This document shows, piece by piece, positions 13,060 through 23,942 of a DNA stretch of 64,000 nt. Both the position numbers and the translations under genes were made by a program. The stretch is from Takakia lepidozioides (taxonomy: Eukaryota; Plantae; Bryophyta). Under the pieces are notes generated by a model. It did no database searches and had not been told where the DNA came from. It saw only the letters and a list, made by a program, of their open reading frames with translations. The DNA lies in the NCBI GenBank assembly GCA_030704615.1, contig CM060732.1:81220001-81284000 (forward strand), read 5' to 3'. Positions within the stretch are counted from its first letter, which is position 1; the number at the start of each line of letters is the position of its first letter.

Positions 13060-13800
13060 GGATGATAAGCTATCGCTTTACGCGGAAAGGATGGATGAAA
13101 CTTACCCACAATGGATGGGTGGATGGGATTGGCGATGGATGTCCCTTCTTCTGCGGCCACCCATTTTTTTAAATAATTTATTTTAGGAGTTATTAATTTA
13201 TTTATGTTATTTAAGCAGCCGGGGGTCGAGTAACGGTCCGACAAGTGAGTGTCCGTCCAGCTTCGTTGCCCGTGTCTCGTGACTGCGTCATTTCTGGGCT
13301 GTCTTTCCCGTCCTTTCCGTCCATCCATCCGTCAACGTCACGTCGCAACCACAGCTGGTTATCGCCAAACAGACGTAACGAACAGAGACGTCTCGCGCCC
13401 ACTTCGTCCGTCCACATCCCCGACTGCGCGGTTTCCGTCGACCGCGGGGCTGGTCTGCAAGAAGCAGGGCAGGCGCAGCGGACAGCGGTGCCATGTGGTG
13501 AGCGCGTGTCTGCATCCGGTCGTGATAACGACTAGGAGCAGACAGCGCCGGTGGACGGAGGGGAATAGAATCCAGGCACGCGTCGCACCCACCTCGTACT
13601 GTAGCGTTCATACACATCCAGGATACGTTCATCGGTGTTCATCCAACCGATGCAGCAGAAGTAGCAGAGTTCGACACGTGCCGAACTTTCATTGAGTGAC
13701 GGAGATTGCAGGGTGGGGCGTTTCATTGGTCGGGCTTTACGGCGTTGTACATTGACTGGATGATAACGCCTTGGTGGTTGAGAATGTCTGTTCATCCTTG
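13060..13800. repeat. GC-rich interspersed repeat with GGATG/CATCC subrepeats
   Basis: Many ggatgg/ttcatcc motifs. Similar motif usage, including ccaccaagg(c/t)gtt, occurs at 51895-52445. Confidence 0.4.
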
Positions 13801-14403
13801 AGACAGGCGAGGAGAATCCTGTACCGCTCAGAATTCATATCTTAAGAAGAACAAAATGCATGAATAATTGTTTTTTATATTTTTTGAAAAGGGAATGAAT
13901 AAATGATTATACTTGAATTAAAGAATAGTGCCTGCCGAATTTGCTCTCAGGTTTTTTCTGGTTTTTATTTTTCATGAATTTTCATTTTCAGTTGTACCCC
14001 AGCGGACGCCTTGCGATTTGGGCGATGTCAACTTGGCAAACAATCAATAAATAAACTAACTAACTAACTACCTTGCTTGATATATCGGTATGAACTTATC
14101 CTTATTTACACATAAGTACATATTAAGTGCATATAATATGCTGACTTCTGTCAGATTAGTAGGCTTAAGCACTTTTATGATGTTTGCTTTGGAATTTTGG
14201 AGTTTCTTGAATTACTATTTCAGTTAGGTGATATATCAAATAAAGTAAATGATTACTATAATGCTAGATATCATGGCGCCTTTGTCTTTTGCTTGAACCG
14301 GTTTGTCCCAAAACCTTGGAGCTTGCTAATTTATTAGTAAGTGTATTATATCACATATATTTGCCCAATTTAGGGTGTTGAGTCTTATGTGCTTTCTAGT
14401 ATT

Positions 14404-14542
14404 GTAAAGAACTGGGGCTGATTTCTCTTTGTTGATATTTGCTCGTTATACAGCGTAATAGCCAGCCACGTTATACTTACAAGAAAGTATAATGCACACC
14501 TCATCGCATTTCTTTTATGCAGGGGAAGGCCTCTTTTGTCGG
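14404..14542. repeat. Dispersed repeat, inverted partner of 34840-34955
   Basis: taaagaactgggg(c)tga...tata(c)agcgtaata..gccagccac...gtataatgcac...ttgtcg matches the reverse complement of 34840-34955. Confidence 0.7.
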
Positions 14543-14995
14543 GCCTTCCTGGATTTTCGGGCCCGCGCCTCCGACTGCAGGAATGCCCTCCACTCAAGGC
14601 TTTCCCTTATAAAAATAAAAACTTGACCCATCGTCCAAGTAATTCTCTCCCAATGGGCTTATTACTGTAGCTTTAGTGGAAGGCGACTGCTGAACCACGT
14701 GGTTGACCAAACCTTGGCGCACACATAAGTTGATGGATTCTGTAGCCCATTGCCTACTTCATTCCACAGGATTAAAAAGCAAAACTTTTGTCCAGCTTCC
14801 ACGTGGCCGATTGACCTCTATACGCAGGTTACGGTGTATCCAATGGGCGGCAACTTCTACCCAGGTCTCCGCACAACCAGGATACCCCCGACGCTGCCTC
14901 AAGGATGCTTCTTTATTGCCATGAGGCTTAACACACGGCCCAGACCGTGTTGGAGATTCCAACGATCAGTGAACAGGGTAAAAATAAGACCTGAC

Positions 14996-16422
14996 TAGGG
15001 AATAGCAAAAAGGCCGTGTCGCGGGACTCCATAAAAATGATAGTTTTGGGCTGGCCTGGGGCGCTGCCCGAGGGTCCATGGACCAAGCGAGGTCTGGGCC
15101 TGGGACTGGATGTCCTGCACCCCAGTCCATACAGGGAACTCATTGGGAACAAATTTCGGCCGCTGCCCATCCTTTCCTATTGTCCTGGGGTTGCAGTGTC
15201 CTGGGGTTGCAGTGGCTTGGGCTTAGAAAGTCCGGGAAAGATTCTTTAGCCCTGGGTAAATATTCCCTGGACCCAGGAAAAGATTATTTACCCTGGGATA
15301 TGAAGACACCCGTGAAATATTCCAAACGAATATTCATAGATTGCCTTGGACTTCACACTTTCATCATATCCTTTGCATATGCTCGACACTCTTTCGGTTA
15401 ATGTAATGTTTATCTGCAATCCTGCAGTGTCTGCACCAATGTCAGAATTATTCTTGCTTGTGTATTTCAAGGTTTTTCATGTACAAAAAGTAGGCAACAT
15501 GCTTATCTGGAATCTGCACGAGTGTCCTTTAGGAGACTATATGGGTAAGCTCTTGGCAAGGGATTTGGTCTCTGTGTGCATGCTAAATCTCGGTAAACTT
15601 TGAATAGTGATTCCATTCTTTTCAAAGGTTATAGAGTCAGTAGGGATAGCAAATTGTAGCTATTGGGGCACTGCATGGTAAGTCTTCCAGAATCTGAAAG
15701 TCCTTATGAAGTAGTCATTGGCCACGATTTGAAAAGGAGGCTGACTGGACAAGGACAAGTGGTGAAAAATCAAATTCCCCTCTATCCTCCTTCCCAACAC
15801 GCTTTGAAGAATGTACCTATGGTGCAAGTAGCCCTCGGAACCTTGAGAAGGCAACATTAATACTGTGATCCACCTATATCTTTTACCACGATAGCTTCTC
15901 CGCACCGTTCCAAGTGGGATTAGTCTTTTTGTTATGGGGCCTGGTAGTACTAGCCGAGAGGTAGTAAGCGATGCAGCTCATGTCAGTACTCCAATTTTAC
16001 CAGAATTGCCACCATTTGGCATTTGCTGCTGGAGCTCTGGAAATTAGCACACCTCGAAAGCTTTTGCTATAGGCTTTTGCTTTGGTACATGGGCAGAGGG
16101 TAGTGTGGCAAAAGGTGTCAAGTATTGCGAGGAGCAGGCTAAGGTGGGAATGACTTCATATTTGCACAACCTTGTGGTTATAAAGAATATTCCTTGGGTC
16201 CAGGGAAGATTTACCCAGGGTAGAGAATCTTTCCCGGACTTTCTAAGCCTAGGCCACTGCAACCCTAGGACAATAGGAAAGGACGGGCAGCGGCCGAAAT
16301 TTGTTCCCAATGAGTTCCATGTATGGGCGGGGACCTAGATAGACCCTCGGGCAGCGCCCCAGGCCAGCCTAAAACTATCATTTTTATGGCGTCCCGCAAC
16401 ACGGCCTTTTTGCTATTCCCTA
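14996..16422. mobile_element. Non-autonomous foldback element with ~230-290-bp TIRs (TAGGGAATAGCAAAAAGGCC)
   Basis: 14996-15280 is the reverse complement of 16191-16422 apart from indels. Termini match the 17.2-kb element at 17/20 nt. No TSD is visible (cctgac vs ggcaac). Confidence 0.85.
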
Positions 16423-16461
16423 GGCAACCCATTAGGCCATGGATTATGTGAGGGGGAATGC

Positions 16462-16544
16462 CCGGGCCGCGGGCATTCACAGGCGTGAGGCCCGGCAGGG
16501 GGGGAGGACTGGCCCGAACTCCTGTGAATGCCCGAGGGCCCAGG
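16462..16544. repeat. GC-rich hairpin / mini inverted repeat
   Basis: CGGGCATTCACAGG (16470-16483) pairs perfectly with CCTGTGAATGCCCG (16521-16534), and the arms extend imperfectly. Confidence 0.8.
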
Positions 16545-17309
16545 CACTCCCTGACGTGGCGCCCGATTGGCCCACGTGTCACTCAGCCTCCCTCTACTGG
16601 AAGATTGTTGCGGAAGGTGGTGCTGCACCGGAAGGTTTTACACGTGGCGGGTTCATAGGCCCTCAGTTCCGGAAGATAGACCTTCCCTTCCATGAAACGG
16701 AATGTGTAGGGTAAAGAAGCGTACGTCCTGCTTTTAATCTAGCAATCTGATTGGCTGCGAATTATCCCATATCGATTGCCCATATTTAGCACCCTGTATA
16801 GTATATAAATGGGGGTGAGCTGCAATGGTTTTGGGTGGGCTTAGGGGGTTCTGCGCATGGCGGATGGTCACATCCTGGCAGGGCATACCCTCAGGGGAGG
16901 TGTCGTCTGAATACAAAGGGTGAAACACCAAAGGCGTTATGTATAGGGAAAGGGCTGCTGATGAAGCCCTTCTAGCGTTTAAGAATGAGTAAACCAGGGG
17001 CTCTAGCCTGAGTAGGGCCAAGTCCTCGACCCGCCTAAGAAACCAACCTGCCCCTGCTTACCCGACGAGTGTGTGCGAGGTGGTGGGCTCGCTGGCCCAG
17101 AGAGGCTCCGGCATACTACCAGATCTATCCCCCATTGGGGGATAGAAGGTGGGGATCGCTCCACACCTTCTGTTCCCTCCTCATGCTCCCCACCTTTAGG
17201 ACCATGTTCCCAAACAATTTCCAATTTCGCTCCCCTGTTCCTGCTCCTCAATCCATGCTCCCCATTGGGTCAAGGAGCAAGCGGGGATCAAGGATAGGAG
17301 CGAGCCACG

Positions 17310-17562
17310 TAGGGAATTCCAAATAGGCCTTGATGTGAAATGCATCGCAATTCACTTGATCACCCCCCTAAAAGTGCACAATCCAATTGAATTGCAAAAT
17401 GACAATTCAATCAAATTGTCAACTCGCAATTCAATTGAATTGCAAACTATAAATTGTTACGTATTTTTATATATAACATTATATATTTATATATATATAT
17501 ATATATATATATACGAGAGTATAAGCTGAATATATATGTTGCCCGTCTATTCCTGCTGCCCG
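17310..17562 (+). repeat. Left TIR of the 17.2-kb element
   Basis: TAGGGAATTCCAAATAGGCCTTGATGTGAAATGCATCGCAATTCACTTGATCACCCC... includes the palindrome GCAATTCAATTGAATTGC and a (TA)n tract, and ends ctattcctgctgcccg. Confidence 0.92.
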
Positions 17563-17739
17563 TCCATCCTTTGCCTGTGGTAAGGCCTGAGTCACGAGAT
17601 GAGTCGTGTAGCCTAAAGAAGAGAGAGGAGGCCTAAGGGGGAGCGAGAGCGAGAGAAGGGGAGAGAGGGAAAGCGAGAGAGAGACGAAGTGACAAAGTGC
17701 TTTTAGGGCAAAGGTGCCCCAAAAGTTGGAGGATCAAAT

Positions 17740-19440
17740 CTGTTGGAGGACGAGAAGTATCGAGAGAAGAATGCAACAACAAGAGAATTGTGGAGCGGTG
17801 GTGGCGTTGTGTACTTTGGCAGCCTTCTTGGATCACCAAATGACAAGATTTGTCCATGAGTAAGCACATTCTCATATTGGCATGAGTTCCCCCAATCATT
17901 GATAAACATATAATTTTAGCTAAAGTTGTACTTCGTGTGTACATGCAGGTGACTCATGAGCTTTGAGGAGAGAACTTTAGGGGTAGTAGAGTGGGTTACC
18001 AAACGCTCCTCAACACACACACTGAAAGAAAGAGCTTGATCACATGGTTTGTCTTCAACCTGCCCACACTGTGTACTGTGGTTTGCTAACACATTTTAGG
18101 ACAGAGTAGTTGTTGGTTTCAAAATACCTTTGGTTCATCTACTTGATAGCATATGTGAAATTTAGTGACCTAAGTCCTATGGGGAGTGTGTGAGTGGATG
18201 CAGTGATTACAGAATTAACAGCAAACAGCTACAACAAGGGCAAGGTCGAATGCATTGGCACTGGGGCTATTAAGCAGAGATAAGACAGATCTTATGAGCA
18301 TGGAAAACAACCATTTGGACGGTGACAAAGTAGTGGATGATTTAGTACTTTATGTGGAAGCAATGTTGAATGAGGGTGCCACAATGAAATCAATCGCCAT
18401 TGCCCTGTCTTTTGATGATGTACGACCGTTGAAAAGATTGCTATCAGAAGTCCAAGGGTCTCATTTCAAAGTTCATCATCAATTGAGTATAGATCGGTGA
18501 CATTGACATTGACAAAGGCAGAGTTTGTCAAGACGTACGTTAATGCAGAGATGGAGAAGTGGAGATTCATGGATCCTCTTCGTGCCAAAACGTGTGCTTT
18601 AGCAACCAAGCGCTACAAAAAAAACGAAAAGTGTGAGTGTCATTTGTCCAATATTTCATGCAATGTTTCTATTCAACATGCAAATTGGACTCTAAGACGT
18701 GTAATTTGTTTCCATGTTGTGTAGACAAGAAACTACACAATGACGACAATCCAAACACGGAGGATGAAGAAGGGACAAACGATGATGGAGGAGAGGAGGG
18801 AGAGGAGGAAGAAACAGAAGATGGTGAGGATGAGGAGGAAGAAACAGATGACGACGATGCAGATGAGACTGAAGTAACAAAAGGAGTGCAGTGAGCATGA
18901 TGATGATGAAGATGAAGGAATGTAGAACAAATCGAATCAGTATCTTTTTTTTTGGCTACCGTCACTTTGTAAGTATGGAGAAAATTCTAAGACTTGTTTG
19001 TATGTTTCTTCTTATTCTCTTTTTGACATTCTAGTTGCCTGAGAGCAGTGCCCAAATAATGGTACAAAGATACGGACTACACTACTCCATTGCAGCGAGG
19101 CTATGTCGCTATTGTCCTACCTAGAAGAATGTGGTTTGCAGGTTGTGTAGGCGCCGGATGGTTTTCCTGGCCTCAAGTATAGCTCCCAGGAACCTTTGCT
19201 AAAGGGGTGCATACGACATGAAAGTTGTAGGCCGAGGCTATGTACATATTTTGAGGCTGTTGATACAGTGACTGCTTTAGGATGAAGCATGTGAATGGGT
19301 ACATAATTGGGAGTCCAATTCACTTACTCTTTGGCCATGTTGGTGATCTGGTGCTTGTGTATTTGCAGGATTTTAAAGAGAAGTATGCAGACGTGATTGT
19401 GCCAAACCCACCAGAAGCCATTCAGCAGCTATGAAACAGG
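17740..19440 (+). pseudogene. Possible element-encoded accessory gene (HTH-like segment plus acidic tract), degraded, spliced
   Basis: ORF pieces ATMKSIAIALSFDDVRPLKRLLSE (HTH-like), AEFVKTYVNAEMEKW and a D/E-rich stretch at 18740-18920. Splice-like signals are present; no confident family. Confidence 0.35.
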
Positions 19441-19899
19441 CAGTCAATGCTTCAGGATGTGGCCGAGCTAGACCTTTTGTGACTGTGGTGGTTGGTTTTT
19501 TCTCCAATACACAGTGTCTTAAACCAGCTCTTATATCTATTTGACATGGAATTTCGGCTTAGGGGCATCAATTTAATCTGGTGCAATATTTTACTCACAC
19601 TGAGAACTTCATTTTTAGTAACCAGGTTAGATGCCTTTTTGTGATTTGTTATCTACTGGACAGGGTGTATTGCTCTATAGGTATGATCATGGCAAACAGG
19701 GGGTTCTTGTTAGAGACACAAAAACTCCAAAATGATGTGAATATGCACCAACAAATTAATGGCCTTAGTGGTTGCTGCTTGGCTGTATAGCTCCAAGGAT
19801 CTCCTGACGTCTACATGGAACTTTGCCTCGAGCAGAGGCTTGCAGAAGGAGTGGGGCTTCAATAATCAATTGATTGTCGTCCAGAAAACTTGTTTCTTG

Positions 19900-20360
19900 A
19901 AGGCAAACTGCTGGAAAGTGTCTCTACATCTGCGAAGTCCAACTAATGCAAATAATTCTACGGCCTTGCAACAAATGAAGTCATCCAAACACAGTCAGCT
20001 AAGGAGTTCACCCCCTCTTCCGAGTACGGGTATTGTGTCAACCTCCAGTTTTTCCCTGGAATGTCAAGAAAGCAGATCACATCATTCATGGTTGAAGGGA
20101 AAAATCATATCGTTCCCATACCCCCTCTGCATTCATACTCCCCCATCGAGTTTCCCTCAAAGTCGATGATGGAGAAAATTGGGTTTGGCATCGTCGTGAA
20201 CTCCTCAAAACCGAAACTGTGTCTTGTGGTGATGATCTGACACACTACCATCCTGACCTTCTCGAGGACACTGGCCCGGGTACTGGGCCGCACGTTGTAG
20301 TTGCGTGCAATAGCATACACGCGTCCATTACACTCAACCACCCTAGGAGCCTCCAAGTCT
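19900..20360 (-). pseudogene. Captured F-box/beta-propeller protein C-terminal fragment
   Basis: PRVVECNGRVYAIA...FEEFTTMP...YECRG resembles plant F-box-associated repeats. Stops follow. Confidence 0.45.
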
Positions 20361-20589
20361 GCAAGAAATGAGGTATCATGTTGCAGTTGGGCTGTGTGTT
20401 CGATAAAAAGAGTTTAATATATCAACTCTTAGACGTTGATACTCTTACAGTGGTATCATGTTTGGTATATGTACATAGCCATATATTGGCACAGTAAGGG
20501 CTTGGCAGTATGAAATTGGTTAGTGTCTCAAGGTGCAGATGAAGCTCACATGCAAATATATTCGGATTGTAAGCAACACCCACCAGTCA

Positions 20590-21164
20590 AACTCATCCTC
20601 AGAAGAGATTGAGACCCCAAAATTTCTCAGGGTTGTTGGTGCACATGCTTTTGTCAAGGGCTTGATATCATCATCGGTCAACTCAAAGTCAAAGACATCA
20701 AGGTTCTGCTTCAATCTCTCCATCTTGTCTGACTTAGGAATGATAATTGTCTTGCGCTCAATGCCCCAGCGCAGCGCAATTTGTGTCGGTGTCTTGTTGT
20801 ACTTTCAAGCCAATCCCTGTAGTGTATTTGTAGTGTGTGTGAGAGAGATAGGGAAGCGAGAGATAACGCCTTACATAGACTAGTGAACGGAATCACAACT
20901 GAAGTCAATAATTCATAAGGGAGCACTTACGGAAGATGCAGACCTGAAGAACAACGTCATCAAGACACGAAACGGTGCCAAACAATTCCGTGTTAGCAAC
21001 CCCACCACCCAATGGGGTGTGGGCAGTGACAGCTATCCCATGCTTATGGTAGAAATTCACCAATGATTCATGATGGAAGTAAGGATAGGTCCCGATTTGG
21101 TTGACCAGCTGGCTTAATCTTTGAATATGCAAGGCAGTCCTTGGTCAAAAAGATGTCGTAGTTA
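20590..21164 (-). pseudogene. Captured aldo-keto reductase (S6PDH/M6PR-like) 3' exons with intron
   Basis: VNQIGTYPYFHHESLVNFYHKHGIAVTAHTPLGG..NTELFGTVSCLDD | KYNKTPTQIALRWGIERKTIIIPKSDKMERLKQNLDVFDFELT. Intron 20943-20817 is retained. Frameshift and stop present; the N-terminal half is absent. Confidence 0.88.
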
Positions 21165-22739
21165 CTGCCAAACACATGCCAATTAGAAAGAAGAGAGCCC
21201 ATCCTTGCTCGCACAGGGTCCAAGAAAGATGATGCTGGCTTGCTGGTCTACAATTTCTATCAAACAATACATAGAAGAGAAAGGTGTAGAAAACTGCAGA
21301 GATGAGGATAAAATAGTACAAGAAGGAAAACTAGACCGGGAGAAAAGAGAGGAAGTGCAAGGATTCCCCTAGGCTCAGTCCCAAACATTACATCCAGAAC
21401 ATAATCAAAACAAGACCTTGTCAGTTCCTGAAGTTCGCATAGCATGGACTTACAATTGCATCTGTCTCGCCAACAATATGTCGCTCCGTTATATCTCCTC
21501 GATGCAAGGCCAGCAAGCACGAATCTGCATTGTGGGTTGAACTCTCACCTAAGGTTAAGTTGGCAAAATAAAAAGGGTGGAAATAGATGGAAATACAGAA
21601 CATAATTTTGGATGGGTGTTAGGGACAACTTAACACACCAAATTACCGTTATTATGGTTATTTTGAAGATGTTAGAAGGGGAATGGAGCCCTTTGAAAAA
21701 GTTAAGAGGCTAAAAAGATAACCACCATGAAGCCCATTATTGAAAGCGAACAATCGAAACACGCATAAGTTTAGGAGATTGCGCCATAATGACAGTAGCC
21801 AAAATTGAATTGAAATCATTTCATCGATGATACCATTGTTTCTCAATAACTCCAAGGAAGTCAGCAACTCACTTCCTAGTGATGGAAGCATAAGGAAGGA
21901 GACTTCTCTCGTGTTCTTTTCAGCGAGTGAAGCCAAGTGATAATTCTTGGTCCATGTCTGCTGAATTACAAAGACAGTGCACACACACCAACAAAGGCAT
22001 TTCAGGGAAGGTGTCTCACTAGCATAACTCGCCCTGAACTCATCGACAACCATACTGGGTGGCTTTCACTTCACACTGCACCTACAAAAGTAAGTCTCCC
22101 CGGGACTTCAATGCTTCTCTATGAATTTACCACTTCCCTCTGTTCCCCCCTTCAACTCATCATGATGTCAATTGCATCCCCTCTCTCTTCTCCCATACCA
22201 CAACCTCTCTCAATTTTCTATGTCAACGAGAGGGGAAAGAACGAAAGAGAAAGCAGAAGTTTGTTGCAACCACAGGAGTGCGACACAATGTAACACCTAG
22301 AGAACAATGAGCATGTCAAAGAAATCCAAACATTGCTTGGCGATGGAGTGCCTCATGCATGTAGAATGCTAGTCAATTTGTTCCTTGTACTTGAGGCCCA
22401 CTACCAGGGAATTTCTCCATACAATATCGTTTCTTACATGTCATAGTTACAGTATCTTCATTTTGTTGGCGCCCTCTGAAAAATGACAAGCATTTATGCT
22501 CACATGTATACACTTTCTCTGAAGTGGCCATATTGTATACCTCAAGTAAGCCAATCCAGGTGTTTTTTTCAGAAGTTTAAAGTTCAAGTAGGTTACTGAA
22601 GAATTATGCCAGCACACAATGGAAGACTGCTGACCGTGTGACACTTGAGCATTGGTCACAAAACCCTGCCAATTCCTCACAACGTGTAGGGAATTCCAAA
22701 AATTACCATTGTTAATGGATCTCAACTCACAAATGCACC

Positions 22740-22892
22740 AACCTCTATAGGTATACCAAATAGGATCACTACTACCTAATGATGATACCTCTACTAGCAT
22801 ATATAGCTAAGTTTCTTTGTAAATGAAGCGTTATACCTCTGCTGGTATACTAATCAGGGCTACTACCTCATGACAATACCTCCACCTAAATG
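22740..22892. repeat. Two units of the element-internal ~95-bp satellite
   Basis: atacctct..ggtatac.aa.cagggctactacctcatgac.atacctc, same unit as 27195-27900. Confidence 0.85.
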
Positions 22893-23942
22893 CCGTGAAG
22901 CTTTACAGAAATCATATGCAAGTGGGCCTCTCTCCCACCCTCTCCCCCAAGACTAAAACATATTAGAGCACTTCATACAGCGCATAAGAAAGTAAAATTA
23001 GCCAGTAAATATTTTATAGTAGAGTACTCCACTTACCATATTAAATATGCAGTATAGCAGCATTCCATTAATGGGTGCAAGAAGATACGGGACCGCAGCT
23101 ATACCTCATTGTCAAAATCCTCATCCATTGATGACGTCTGTGCAAAAGTCACGAACAGCTGGAAATGTAACAATCGACAACAAAAACGGATTCTCATCCT
23201 TGGGCCACAACTAGATGGCACCTCTCCAAAGCCAACACAAACAAAAGGGGGCCAGCAACACTTGCCCCAATGTTGCCCCTGTCTCTTTTCCTTCCTTGTT
23301 GAGCTCTCTTTTCAGTCAGGACAAACTTACAGAGACATACTCCCACTCTCCCCTCCCTTTGACACTATTACGTCTCTTTTTACTTCAATCCTTCTCAACA
23401 GATATAAACAAACATAATCAATGGAAGACAAGTTCCCTCCATCTCTCTATCCTCTTCCTTTGCATCTCTTCTTTTTCTTCAACCCCTTCTCATACTTTGT
23501 TGATTTGTTCGTTCATAAAATCTCATCCTTTCGCCACAAGGCACCCGTTGCACACACGCTTGTTCAACACTTGTCAATTCTCTAACACACGATTGGATCT
23601 AGCCGGACTCCATGGAATCTTCAGATTCAAACCCTCTATAATCTACCAAGACTTGCACTTGAACTCACACTCAAACTGACATTCCAACTTGCATTTAACC
23701 TCGCACTCAAACTCAAACTCGCACTCAAACTTTCACTTTCATTTGGACTTGCACTCGAATTCTCATATTTACCATAATTCACACCCTCACATATACTCAG
23801 CAAATTTGTAACACTTAACATTCAACCAGACGTTAGACTCACAGTACCACTCCAAGAGCACTTCAATTATCTATGATACCACAAATTCAACCCCTCTGTT
23901 TGAGCCATGACTCACACTCAAACAGCCCTTCACCTCCATATG

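Noticed and set aside
21240-23200. Additional exon-like pieces inside the giant element
   Set aside because: Splice-like signals are present but I could not assign any protein family.
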